This document shows positions 11,993-23,532 of a stretch of DNA of 64,000 nt, in pieces (positions within the stretch are counted from its first letter, which is position 1; each line of letters opens with the position of its first letter). Source of the DNA: Neophaeotheca triangularis. Lineage: Eukaryota. Where the stretch lies: positions 62,001 to 126,000 of the forward strand of contig BAAIJX010000037.1 of the NCBI GenBank assembly GCA_054600435.1, in the 5' to 3' direction. The position numbers and the translations under genes are program-made. The notes beneath the pieces were generated by a model that saw only the letters and a program-made list of their open reading frames with translations, was not told the DNA's origin and made no database searches.

Positions 11993-13215
11993 AACATGGA
12001 CGCAGGCCGATTTTCTGCGACCGATAAGACCAAAAAAAGAATGCTAATACATGCAGTCAAGCTCTTTGTTTGCCTGAGGCAGCACTCGGTAAAACAGAAA
12101 GTTCGAAACGAGACGTTGAAACGGCTATTCCCGAGCCTGTGCCGAAACCCCGCCACTACTGCCCCTGCTTTTACGCGCCGCACGTGTGAACCTCGCTTGT
12201 CCGATTTTGCACCTTGATTGGGTTGTGATGTATATTTGACCAAGACGCAACTTGTTCTTGGGGAATCCATCAAGGCCCACTGAACAAATGGACGGCCCAT
12301 CACAGCGCGAGGGGCTCGGTCACGTCGGTGCTCCGTTCGGGCACTACGCAGGGTGCAAACGAATTCTTCAGCTGCGGGTTTCACGAGGGCCCGCTTGCTA
12401 CCAATAATACAGCCTCAAACGCCTTGCCACTGGGGCTATGGAGCCGCGCACAAGGCTTGTTACACCATTGCACTGAATCGCACATCCCCAGCCACAGAAG
12501 AACTTGCGCTGTTGGTATCGCATCCTTACTTCCGCGAAGTGCAACCGACGCTCCCCGTCCCTTGCGACCTGTCGCGCGATGTCAAAAGATCTCGGAAAGA
12601 CCGTGGACTGGTCAACTTCCCCTGCCGATCTCTTTCGGCGCGGACGACAGCCTGTAGCTACCCTTTCTCCTTTGACCGTTCCTGCACCCAGAAGCTTGAC
12701 CGCTCGCCGCGACCGCGGTCATGTACGGCACCTAGAAATATAAGTAGACATCTCTTTCCTTGCGCGTTTTGTTCGCAAACCCAACAACTTCCCACTTCCT
12801 CTCAGCCACTCTTTGCTATCGATCTTTCGGCGTGCCTGGTGCATCGACCATTACAGTCTTTACGACACTCCCGCGAGATATCAAGATCAGTCGCTCTTTA
12901 AACTCCAAAGGTAAGAATATTGCAGACATCTCTCCTGGCCAATGAACTAGCCTGTGCTACGTTCCCACTGCGCGATTTACCTGTGTCTTGGCTAGTGCTA
13001 GAATGCTCAAGATAGCACGAGAGCAATTGGTCTACAGGGGATTCCGCATTAAACGAGCCTCAGACCTTGTTATTGTGGAAGACGCGATCATTTTCTAAAA
13101 CCCATGCACGAGTTCCAGAGGCTGACCGTTTCATAGCTCCTTGCTCTACAGCCTTCAGAGTCAACATATCTCTCATCCATTCTTTTACAAGCTCGATAGC
13201 ATTGCAACAGTCAAC

Positions 13216-13634
13216 ATGTTCTCGAACACTTTCCTCGCCGCCACTGCTGGCTTCAGCATGCTTATCTCGTCCAACGCGCACATGCTTATCACATCCCCAA
13301 AACCCTACGGCGCAGACACTCTCAACAACAGTCCACTAGAGCGTGACGGCTCGGACTTTCCTTGCAAACAACGAGGCAGTGGCACTTACGACATCACTGA
13401 GATGAACAACATCGCTGTTGGTGTTCCACAGTCACTTGAGTTCGAGGGAACTGCAGTCCACGGTGGAGGGTAAGCAACCCAAAAATGTTCGCTTTTGGCT
13501 TTGGCGCTGACCTTCTGGACAGATCTTGCCAGGTATCTGTGACACTTGACGAGGAGCCCACCAAGGATGGCTGCCTTTTTGTCTTGGCGGTCGTCCCTGC
13601 CAGCCTCAGGCCGACGTCAATTCGAGAAACATGA
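13216..13634 (+). pseudogene. 3'-truncated AA11 lytic polysaccharide monooxygenase paralog (exons 13216-13469, 13523-13634)
   Basis: Signal peptide + HMLITSPKPY, PLERDGSDFPCK, TAVHGGG/SCQVSVT across a GTAAGC...GCTGAC...CAG intron. Similarity stops after EEPTKD (~13568); TGA at 13632. Confidence 0.8.
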
Positions 13635-13963
13635 CCTCACTTTCTGTCTGAGACCTCTCCTTTACCTTTACCTTACTGCGCAAATTGCAGAGTCCTTCAT
13701 TCACTCGTTGATCTTCCCAGTGATTCGTCTTTCAAGTAACTTTCGACAATCCCTATTGTCACCACCACGATCCTCGACCTTCATCCGCGACTCTCACGCA
13801 CACACGCTCTTTTCAGTGACGACCACCCCCTATTGCGCCGTCACCAGTCTCTCGCTCAAGATCAAAATAGCGCGACGTTGTATACCATTCGAACACTTCT
13901 CCACTCACCTACCTGCTCCTCGAAACAAACACCTTCAACATCACCACCAACAACCGACCCAAA

Positions 13964-15223
13964 ATGCTTGCACCAACCCTCCTCACCTTCGGCACCTTAG
14001 CCACCCTCAGCACCGGCCACCTCTTCATGCAATCTCCCGTCCCCATCGCTGGCTCTGCGCCCAAGGACCCTCTCGACCCAAGTGGGAGCAACTTCCCCTG
14101 CCACAACGCCCTCCTCCCCTCCACTGGCGGCCAAACCATGCTCGCGGGCTCCAAGCAAACCCTCGAATTCGACGCGGGCTCCGGCGCCAACACGGCCGTC
14201 CACGGCGGCGGTTCCTGCCAGGTCAGCCTCACCTACGAAACCGACGCGACGGCGCAGAAGGATCCCAAGAACTGGAAAGTCATCTACAGCATCGAGGGCG
14301 GCTGCCCGTCCAAGACCTACCAGAACCTCGACTCCGGCCCTTACCTCGGTGGACCGCTTGGCGGCTATTCTGGCGCTATCGCTTGCTCGGACCCCAAGGC
14401 CAATGGTGTCGATTGCATCAGCGCGTTTGATTTCCAGATTCCCAAGGGTGTCAGGGATGGTCATGCTATTTTGGCGTGGACGTGGTTCAATACTGTCGGC
14501 AACCGCGAGATGTACATGAACTGCGTCAGTGCGGAGATCGAGGGTGGTGATGGCAGTGAGATGGACGGGTTTCCGACTATGTTTGTGGCGAATTTGGCGG
14601 CTGTGGGGACTTGTCCTACTACTGAGAGTGTGGATGTGGAGTTTCCGTTTCCCGGGAGGTACAAGACTGTGGTGCAGATGGAGGGACCAGCTGCGGAGAC
14701 TGCGACCGGGTTTCCGATGGCCGTGCCGACTGGGGAAGCTTGTGCAGAGGAGGGGAAGCCGTTGATGGGGGATGCTGGGAGTAGTGGCGAACCTGTTCCT
14801 GCTCCCGTTCCTGCGCCGTCTTCGTATGGTCCGGTCGGCGAGGCTCCTGTCAGCTCTGAGGTCGTCCAGGCTCCACTTCCCACTTCCTACGACGGCGTCG
14901 CCGAGTCTCCTACCAACAGCGAGGCAGTCGAGGCTCCGCTTCCCACTCCTACCATCTCGCAGGGCATGGTAACGATGACAGGCATGTCTCCATCGCCTCC
15001 AGCCGCGCCGACGCCAGAGATTCCAGGTTCAGATCACATCTGCTCCAATCCTACCATCCCCTGCTCGAAGCCTGGCGAGATTGTTTGTATCGGTTCCGAT
15101 CAGTGGGGTAACTGCGACTTGGATAACTGCGTATGGCCTATGCCACTGGCGGCTGGTACCAAGTGTGAGGACGGCAAGATCGCGGCGAGCAAGCGCAAGA
15201 GGTGGTTCGGGCAATGGGTTTGA
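13964..15223 (+). CDS. AA11 lytic polysaccharide monooxygenase with Pro/Ser/Thr linker and small Cys-rich C-terminal module
   Basis: Signal peptide then His1 (HLFMQSPVP), FPC, AVHGGGSCQ, WKVIYSIEGGCP, AWTWFN...GNREMYMNC, MFVANL. Cys-rich tail (X278/CBM-like). Confidence 0.92.
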   Translation: MLAPTLLTFGTLATLSTGHLFMQSPVPIAGSAPKDPLDPSGSNFPCHNALLPSTGGQTMLAGSKQTLEFDAGSGANTAVHGGGSCQVSLTYETDATAQKDPKNWKVIYSIEGGCPSKTYQNLDSGPYLGGPLGGYSGAIACSDPKANGVDCISAFDFQIPKGVRDGHAILAWTWFNTVGNREMYMNCVSAEIEGGDGSEMDGFPTMFVANLAAVGTCPTTESVDVEFPFPGRYKTVVQMEGPAAETATGFPMAVPTGEACAEEGKPLMGDAGSSGEPVPAPVPAPSSYGPVGEAPVSSEVVQAPLPTSYDGVAESPTNSEAVEAPLPTPTISQGMVTMTGMSPSPPAAPTPEIPGSDHICSNPTIPCSKPGEIVCIGSDQWGNCDLDNCVWPMPLAAGTKCEDGKIAASKRKRWFGQWV

Positions 15224-15913
15224 GCTGCAGTGAATTGTTTCTTCACAACATAGCTTCGTCTACGTGGCCTATGTGTCTCGATGAGGTGAATTCACGGAAA
15301 AGATTGCTGCTCCGCCTATGCGGTCTTGTGGAAATGGCGTTTCTCTGGCGTTGCTTAACCAAAGCCTTTCGTAGCTTAGCGTATCGAAAGTCTTCAATGT
15401 CAAGCTCAAAGTGAAGTCCACATCTCTCTCCGCAATCTTTTGCGAATGACTAGCCTAAGGCATCCATAGTGGCGGATATGCTAGAAGGTAGAAGGACCCT
15501 TTCGGTATCTCCAACCGCCAAGCCAACGGTTCACCCCCTGTCGACCTCCCCCACCGCAAGACGTTGGCATACCACTTCCTTAGCCTTGCTTTGCCCATTT
15601 CTTCACTACAACAATTCAGTCCCATACCCCTTGAATCAATTCTGCTGTACCAGATCCGGCGCTTAGATTCAAGAGTTAAAATCACGCCTCTAGTCACGGG
15701 ACCGCGGTAATCGTCTTCACCGGTCCAACTTTCCCCCACCCGACCGACAGCCACATAGTCACCGGCACGAGATCACTAGCCACATTCGGGGGCCTCCAAC
15801 TACCTAGCTTTACCTCAACATCAACAACTTCCAACTACTTTACAACAAATCCGCAGACAAGGCATATTAGGACACCGATTGCGGTCAATTGAACACGCCG
15901 GACACCAACAACC

Positions 15914-17835
15914 ATGGACAACAACGCGCCTGTCAACCAGGCGGCGTACATGGATAATGCCATTCGCGCGGTTAGGGAAAAGAAGCAAGTTCCGGAGATC
16001 GACTTCACTCTGCACACCATGGAGGACGGGCAGCAAGTGAGCACGCAGGAGAGAGTATGCAAAGGTACGTTCAGAATCACGACGAGAGGCGGTGGGCGAG
16101 GTTGTCAATGGTTGTGGCGAGAGTTGGCAGTAGAAACAGCAGACATGGCAACTAATCTCACTCCTACCACCAGACGTGCAAGCGCCCGCCTTTCAAACAC
16201 CCACAGATGACCAACTCCGCTCCCCTCACGATTCCTCGAAACCCAATCTCCAGTTCCTCAAGCAACATCTCTACAGAGAAGGTCGCCTGACCGAAGAGCA
16301 AGCGCTATGGATTCTCAACTCGGGTGCTGCGATACTGCGCTCAGAGCCGAACATGTTGGAGATGGACGCCCCGATAACAGTCTGCGGAGACGTCCACGGG
16401 CAGTTTTTCGACTTGATGAAGCTCTTCGAAGTTGGTGGTGACCCCTCCGAGACGCGGTATCTGTTCCTCGGCGACTACGTGGATAGAGGATACTTCTCGA
16501 TTGAGTGCGTGCTGTATCTTTGGTCGCTGAAGATCTGGTATCCGAATACCCTTTGGCTGCTGAGAGGCAACCACGAGTGCCGTCATTTGACCGATTACTT
16601 CACTTTCAAGCTGGAGTGCAAGCACAAATACAGCGAGAGGGTGTATGAGGCTTGCATGGATTCGTTTTGCTCGTTGCCACTGGCCGCAGTCATGAACAAG
16701 CAGTTCTTGTGTATTCACGGTGGTCTCAGCCCGGAGTTGCACACACTCGAGGATTTGAAGTCGATCGATCGCTTCAGGGAGCCGCCGACTCACGGTTTGA
16801 TGTGCGACATCCTCTGGGCAGATCCATTGGAGGAGTTTGGGCAGGAGAAAACCCAGGAGTACTTCGTTCACAACCACGTCCGAGGCTGCTCGTACTTCTT
16901 CAGCTATCCCGCGGCTTGTGCGTTCCTGGAGAAGAACAACCTGCTCTCCATCATCCGAGCACACGAAGCACAAGACGCAGGCTACAGAATGTATAGGAAG
17001 ACACGCACAACCGGCTTCCCCTCGGTCATGACCATCTTCAGCGCCCCCAACTACCTCGACGTCTACAACAACAAAGCCGCGGTCTTGAAATACGAAAACA
17101 ACGTCATGAACATCCGCCAATTCAACTGCACCCCGCATCCCTACTGGCTGCCCAATTTCATGGACGTCTTTACCTGGTCCCTCCCCTTCGTTGGCGAGAA
17201 AATCACCGACATGCTCATTGCCATCCTCAACACCTGCAGCAAAGAAGAGCTGGAAGAGGAAACTCCCTCTTCCACCGGTCCGGCCTCCCCTGCCCCCCTC
17301 ACCGGCCACCAATCTACAACAGGCATGGACCCCGAGAGCACCGAAGCCAAACGCCGCGCCATCAAGAACAAAATCCTCGCCATCGGCCGCCTCTCCCGCG
17401 TCTTCCAAGTCTTGCGCGAAGAATCCGAGCGCGTCACCGAGCTCAAGACGGCTTCAGGCGGCCGTCTGCCCGCCGGCACACTCATGCTCGGTGCTGAGGG
17501 TATCAAGCAGGCCATCAACTCTTTTGAAGATGCTCGCAAGGTTGATTTGCAGAATGAACGCTTGCCGCCGAGTCATGAGGAGGTTCGAAGGAGTACGGAT
17601 GCAGCGCGCGATGAGGCTTTCAAGCGCGCGAGTAGGGAGGCTGAGCAGGACAGTAATCTTGCTGGAGTTGCCAGGAGGATTTCTATGTGAGTCTTTCCCA
17701 TTTCTTTCTTTACTGGCTTTCTCAGTGGAGACTGGATCGCTGGGGTTGAAGAGTTATGACTTTGAGTATATGGTTCGCTAATACGTCTCTTTTCGCAGGT
17801 CCTCCGGTTCCAAACCCCCAGGTCGAAGAGGTTAA
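15914..17835 (+). CDS. CNA1: calcineurin (PP2B) catalytic subunit A; exons 15914-16064, 16174-17686, 17799-17835
   Basis: GDVHG, GDYVDRG, RGNHE, SAPNY; CnB-binding [14 protein letters not shown]; calmodulin-binding [19 protein letters not shown]; autoinhibitory [17 protein letters not shown]. Confidence 0.98.
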
Positions 17836-18959
17836 GCATGCCAAGTGTTGGTCGTCGGTCCCACTCGCTCTTTCGAGAAGGTCGTCCCACGAACTCGTGG
17901 TTTCTTGAAGGGAGACGGATCTGCGCGATGCGCGAGAGGGATGAATACCAGCGTTATCTTGTTTTTCGGCCGTAGTAAAGCGGTATTACTTATTGAATCG
18001 AATGACGACCGCCTTCATTGGTGCCTTCGGTGTTCCTTCTCGCGGCGATGGTGTTTTGGTATTGAAGATGATGGGGGTTCGGGAGTTTGTTGGGGGATAG
18101 GTAGGTGGCTGTCGGCTGTCTCTTTCCCTGCTTTCCTGTTTCATTGCTGCTCCAGACCCCTCGATGGAATTCAGGACGGTTGTGCCTTTTCGGAAGTCAG
18201 TCTTCTATGGTCTTCTGTGGTGCACCGGGCGTCGTTAACGAGGTCTATAATCCACTAAATTTGTACCATTGTCGTTTAAAAATTGGCACGTTGCTATCTA
18301 CCCCTTCTCGACAGGCTCGTAAGGAATTCGACTTCGAGATTCTTGGTTCCATCGTCTTCAGCCACGGAGTTGACAAGGGTCTGCGGCTGGGTTCTGGATT
18401 AATTGCTCTAAAGAGAACAATGTATCGCAACAGCCAGGGACACATTAGCAACCGCTTGAAGCCAAGTACCGCGGTGCTATGATGAGGCCAAAACCACGAG
18501 GAGAGACCTCACGTGGGTACAGTTATATCAGTCACCGATCCGTGCCCGTCGGCTCTGAGACTCGCAACTTCCTGACCTCGAGAGTAGCTTCGCAGAAAGC
18601 AGCACTGAATAGGAAGTGACTTTGCCAGAAATTGTCGCGCTCTCGCTCGGCAGTCCATCGGAGGTTTCTCTGAGCTCGCCGGGGACAAAGCAACCGTGCA
18701 AGTCGCCATCACGTCCGCAAAAGTGCGGTGATGTAAAAGATTTTTCAATGATGAAGCTTGACGAATGTAGTCAAAGATCGAAAAAGTAAGTATGTAGGGA
18801 CGAGCTCCCGTGAGAAGACGGTAGGCTGGATTATAAATTCACAGCGACTCCTCTCTTCTTCCTCACGTTTCCAGCTTACCACGAATCCATTGCACGTACC
18901 TTTATGCAGATCACCGCAACGAACGAGACCAGCATCGACGAACTCGGTCAACCTCGACA

Positions 18960-19270
18960 ATGCCGACTCTCTTGGCGTCACCGGCGGCCTATGCGCCTAA
19001 ACCCCCCACCGCATGCTGTATACCCAACACATCGCCCCCATAGCCATAATGGTCACAAGCCGTAACCCCTCCCAGCACTCCCACTACGAATCTTTCGGCG
19101 TCCGATACCGCACAGCCGGCTATGACAACCCGTAAAGCCTCAACATCGCCTTTGAAGACGTGTAAGAATTGCTCTTTATGAGCAGTCCCAACATGGAGAC
19201 GGCGAGCCCCAAGCGCGAGCACGTGAATATCATTGCGGCCGCGAAAGCGCGAGGGGTGAAGAATCAGCCA
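18960..19270 (+). pseudogene. NmrA/QorB-like NAD(P)-binding oxidoreductase pseudogene (N-terminal relic)
   Basis: Frame reads GVTGGLCA*TPHRML...VTSRNPSQHSHYESFGVRYRTAGYDNP*SLNIAFEDV*ELLFMSSPNMETASPKREHVNIIAAAKARGVKN. TAA stops at 18998, 19133, 19163. ATG at 18960 is in another frame; TATAAA at 18832. Confidence 0.75.
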
Positions 19271-20724
19271 CGACATTTTTACGCACGCTTGGTATAACGA
19301 TTCAAGACTGTATCGATGACATCTTGAAGAGAAACGCCAAAGTATACCGAGCCACCTCAAGATCAAACCAAGGATGACTCTACTAGATACCTAGCTTCAG
19401 AAATATCAGTATGCAAAATCACAGCTCTAAGTGCTTGCTCGTAAAACACTTGATGGTGTGATCTTGGGTCGATGTGCCCGACATAGCGAGTACCAAGGGG
19501 CTTTCATTGTAAGACACGCCGAGACCGAAAGATGGATTGAACGAATGACCAACGCCTCGCCCTTGGCAATACTCAGATGTGGTTACGGAGGAGAGCCGAG
19601 GGTAGAAGTGCTTAACTCTGCCTTGCTTAAGAGATTTACAGAGGTGTTAAGGGTACTTGACGACTCTGTTCGTTTTAAGTGGCATTAAATGAGGATCGAA
19701 AGCTCTGTTGGGCCGACAGGGTAGAGACTGGACTTTCAGAATTCCAGATTGTCAACTGCGCAATCAAGGCGCCAGCGGGAGCTGGAAAGTTTAGTTCATG
19801 TTTCCTCATGTAGCGGTCCGAAACGGGGCTTTGAACTTGGAAGAAGTGCCTCACACGGGTATGTGGTGGAGGGACGTCAGGCCAAGACGAGGCTAGGACC
19901 ATTGCCTTCGAGCCGAGAAGGCGTCCAAAGCAGATTCCATCGTGATCTGGTGCAGATGTAGTATTTGCCGTCAGTGGAGGTAGTGTTGAGGAAATTTGAG
20001 ATCAGAAAGAGCCAGTGATGACAGGTCCACGTAGACATATATGCAGCCGGGATTGCAAATGCAACGAGGCCCGCGCGAGCCGCCGCAGTTGACAACAGAT
20101 GTCATGCGTGGTAATCAAAAATCGTCCCACGGACAAGAAATCGATCACAATCAAAAATCGGCCTCGTGGCGGCGATGGCTTGAAACAAGCACATGGCGGA
20201 CATGGAAATCTGGAAGAAGTACTATACTCGAGACTGGGATGAAGTTACACCGTGGCTTGGCGGTCGTTTCAAGCCGCCAGCCAGCCCGCAAGCGAGCCTT
20301 CGGACCATCCCGAATGCCTCCTTTCAATCAATATCACAATCTATCCGAAAGACTACTTTACGCCTTGTGCAGCCTTGTCGACTTGCTCTTTACTTGGCCC
20401 TGCCATCTCCGTGATAGCTTGGCTGAAATCGCCACGAAAGCCAACCATGAAACTGCAAATTGCAATGTGGGTAAGCGCTTTCAATCGAGGGACTTATTGG
20501 TGGGAGCGCCGGACTTTGAAGTTCTGGTCCAAGAGGTAGGTTGGCCAGTATAAGGTTGAGGAGACTCGCATACCTCTTTCTCGAGGTTTCAATCTTGAAG
20601 TACAGTCTGCGAACTTACTTCTTGCTCTCGACGTAGAGCGTCCATTCATTCCTTCCAGTCTTTACCCACCCCTTAGTCACTCGTTTCCACTGTGCTGTGC
20701 ACTTTACCTCCCGGCGAGGCAATC

Positions 20725-23532
20725 ATGAAGTTCACCGACTTCGTCCCCGCTCTTTCTCTCGCATCTGGTGCTTTTGCGCAGGTCTTCGATACCTACACCG
20801 ACGAAAACGGCATCGATTTCTGGCAATGCACCTTTTCTACTTCCGTCACGGATAACGACGCCAAATGGGGTCTGGCGCTTCCGGGCGAGGACGCCGGCCT
20901 GGACGATGAATACATTGGACATATTGCGGCCCCGATCCCGGAAGATGGCGGAACGTGGTTCGGTCTCACCCACAGCCCTGGCATGACGGGAAACTTGATC
21001 CTCGTTGCGTGGCCCGATGGCGACGAAGTTAGGACCTCGTTCCGTTACGCCACGGGCTACACTGCTCCTGCAATCTACTCCGGCAACGCCACCCTGACGC
21101 CAATCTCTTCCAAAGTCAACGACACTTTCTTCGAATTGACTTACCGCTGTCAGAACTGCTGGGAATGGGAGCACGAAGGTCAGGCTGGCTCGCAAGTCCC
21201 CTCCACGGCTAGCGGTGCCGCTCAAATTGTCGGCTGGGGTCAGGCGACCAACGCACCAGCATCTCCTAGCGATGAAGACAGCTCGATCCAGCAGCACGCC
21301 AAAGCCGGAATTTTCGGTGCTGTCGTCCAGAGCGCAAGGAACCCTTCGTATACCGAGTGGACGTCGCTGGCTAGTGCGACTGCCGCCCCTTCGGCTCCCT
21401 CTGCTGATGTCACGGCTGCTCCAGTACCCACCGGCTCTGCTGCACCGGACACCACCTCAGAGGCTCCGGCAGCCACCAGCTCCGCTCCTGCGGTATCTTG
21501 CCCTACTGACAGCACCGTAACCGACGAGACTTACGACTACATCATTGTCGGCTCTGGTGCCGGTGGTATTCCAGTCGCTGACAGGCTCTCCGCCGAAGGC
21601 CACAGCGTCCTGCTCATCGAGCGTGGTCCCGAATCTTCAGGTCGTTGGGGAGGCACCATGAAGCCCGAGTGGCTCGAAGGGACCAACCTCACCCGCTTTG
21701 ACGTTCCCGGTCTAGTCAACCAGATCTGGGCCGACAGCGACGGCATTGCTTGCACAGACGTGAGCGTCATGGCTGGTTGCGTCTTGGGAGGTGGGACTGC
21801 CGTCAATTCTGGTCTCTGGTGGCGCCCGAACCCTGAGGACTTCGACTACAACTTCCCTGAGGGCTGGCAGGGCGCCGACATGGAGGAAGCGGTCGCTCGT
21901 GCTTTCGACCGCATCCCTTTCACCGATCATCCTTCTATGGACGGCATCATCTACAAGCCTGAAGGATACGAGGTTGTTGCCGGAGCTCTGGCGGCAGCTG
22001 GATGGAGCAATGTTACTGCGGGCGATGCCCCCGCGAGGAAGAACATGACCTTTTCCCGTCCCAACCACATGTTCAGCCATGGCGAGCGTGGTGGCCCGCT
22101 AGAGACCTACCTTGTGACTGCCAACGAGAGGGAAAATTTCAGACTCATCACCAACACCACTGTGAACCGCGTGGTCCGTGATGGTAGCCGTATTTCCGGT
22201 GTAGAGGTCGACGCCTTCTTGAACGGCGGCCAGTGCGGCACCATCAACGTAACGCCTGACACCGGCAAAGTCATCCTCAGCGCAGGCGCTTTCGGTACCC
22301 CAAAGATCCTCTTCCGCTCTGGTATCGGCCCACAGGATCAGCTCGAGGTCGTCAAGGAGAGCAACGATGGCGAAAACATGGTAGACGAGAGCGACTGGAT
22401 CAACTTGCCTGTAGGCTACAACCTCGACGACCACACCAACACCGACATGGTCATCACTCACCCCAAGGTCTCGTTCTACGATTTCTACGCCGCCTACGAC
22501 AGCCCGGTTGAGGCGGACATGAACTCTTACCTTGAGAGCAGGACTGGTATCCTCGCTCAGGCCGCTCCCAACATTGCCACAGGTTTCTTCCAAGAAATCA
22601 CCGGCTCCGACGGCATCGTTCGCGCTCTACAATACACGGCCCGTGTTGAAGGCAGCCACGATGTCGAGTCCAACAAATCCATGACCATCTCTCAGTACCT
22701 CGGCCGTGGTGCCATTGGCCGCGGCAGGGCCACCATCACTTCCGGTCTCAACATGATTGTCGACACGGTTCCCTACCTCCAAGAGGAAGAGGACCTCGCG
22801 GCCGTGGCTGCGGGCATCGATCTGATGAGGGAATACCTCGCCGCCGATCCCTCAATCGAAATCGTCTACCCGTCGGCCAACCAGTCCACCGCAGACTTCC
22901 TTGCCGAATACCCTCTCACGACCGGCTCGCGCTCGGCAAACCACTGGATGGGTACCGCGAAGATGGGCCTGGATTCCGGTCTCGAAGCCGACGGAACTTC
23001 CGTTGTTGACTTGGACACCAAGGTCTACGGCACTGACAACCTCTTCGTCGTCGATGCTTCCATCTTCCCCGGAATGGTCACGACAAACCCGTCCTCGCTC
23101 ATCGTGTCCGTCGCCGAGCATGCAGCAGGCAAGATCATGGCCGCCGAGATCGGCTCCTCTCCCAACGCCAACGAAACCAGCCCCGACGCCCCATCTAGCA
23201 CAGCCTCCAGCACCACCGTCCCACTGTCGACCGGCACCGGTTCCCCAGTCAACTCTGTCAATACCGAGAGCGCCCCTTACCCCAGCTCCAGCGCCCCCAT
23301 CTCCACCGGAATTTCTGCACCCAACGGCACCGCCCCCATCGCAACTGGCACCACCATCGCGACCAGCGACGCCGGTCCCAGCCCCACACCTAGCGGCACG
23401 ACCGGCGAAGAAGAGATTGTACCAATCTACGGCATGTGCGGCGGCGTGACGTACGAGGGGCCTACGCAATGCGAGGAGGGCACTATCTGCAAGAAGCAGA
23501 ATGCTTTCTACCACCAGTGCGTGAGGGAGTAA
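20725..23532 (+). CDS. cdh: cellobiose dehydrogenase (AA8 cytochrome + AA3_1 flavodomain + C-terminal CBM1), intronless
   Basis: Signal peptide; candidate heme ligands Met (PGMTG) and His (IQQH); YDYIIVGSGAGG, LTRFDVPG, GCVLGGGTAVN; catalytic NHWMG and TNP; CBM1 YGMCGG...GPTQC...C...YHQC. Confidence 0.96.
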   Translation: MKFTDFVPALSLASGAFAQVFDTYTDENGIDFWQCTFSTSVTDNDAKWGLALPGEDAGLDDEYIGHIAAPIPEDGGTWFGLTHSPGMTGNLILVAWPDGDEVRTSFRYATGYTAPAIYSGNATLTPISSKVNDTFFELTYRCQNCWEWEHEGQAGSQVPSTASGAAQIVGWGQATNAPASPSDEDSSIQQHAKAGIFGAVVQSARNPSYTEWTSLASATAAPSAPSADVTAAPVPTGSAAPDTTSEAPAATSSAPAVSCPTDSTVTDETYDYIIVGSGAGGIPVADRLSAEGHSVLLIERGPESSGRWGGTMKPEWLEGTNLTRFDVPGLVNQIWADSDGIACTDVSVMAGCVLGGGTAVNSGLWWRPNPEDFDYNFPEGWQGADMEEAVARAFDRIPFTDHPSMDGIIYKPEGYEVVAGALAAAGWSNVTAGDAPARKNMTFSRPNHMFSHGERGGPLETYLVTANERENFRLITNTTVNRVVRDGSRISGVEVDAFLNGGQCGTINVTPDTGKVILSAGAFGTPKILFRSGIGPQDQLEVVKESNDGENMVDESDWINLPVGYNLDDHTNTDMVITHPKVSFYDFYAAYDSPVEADMNSYLESRTGILAQAAPNIATGFFQEITGSDGIVRALQYTARVEGSHDVESNKSMTISQYLGRGAIGRGRATITSGLNMIVDTVPYLQEEEDLAAVAAGIDLMREYLAADPSIEIVYPSANQSTADFLAEYPLTTGSRSANHWMGTAKMGLDSGLEADGTSVVDLDTKVYGTDNLFVVDASIFPGMVTTNPSSLIVSVAEHAAGKIMAAEIGSSPNANETSPDAPSSTASSTTVPLSTGTGSPVNSVNTESAPYPSSSAPISTGISAPNGTAPIATGTTIATSDAGPSPTPSGTTGEEEIVPIYGMCGGVTYEGPTQCEEGTICKKQNAFYHQCVRE

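Noticed and set aside
18479..18558. ATGATGA...CTGA box C/D snoRNA-like spacing
   Set aside because: No terminal stem and no rRNA-antisense guide that I can recognise next to the D box.
20113..20160. 12-bp direct repeat AATCAAAAATCG x2 upstream of CDH
   Set aside because: Could be a transcription-factor site, but it is short and A-rich and I cannot match it to a known motif.
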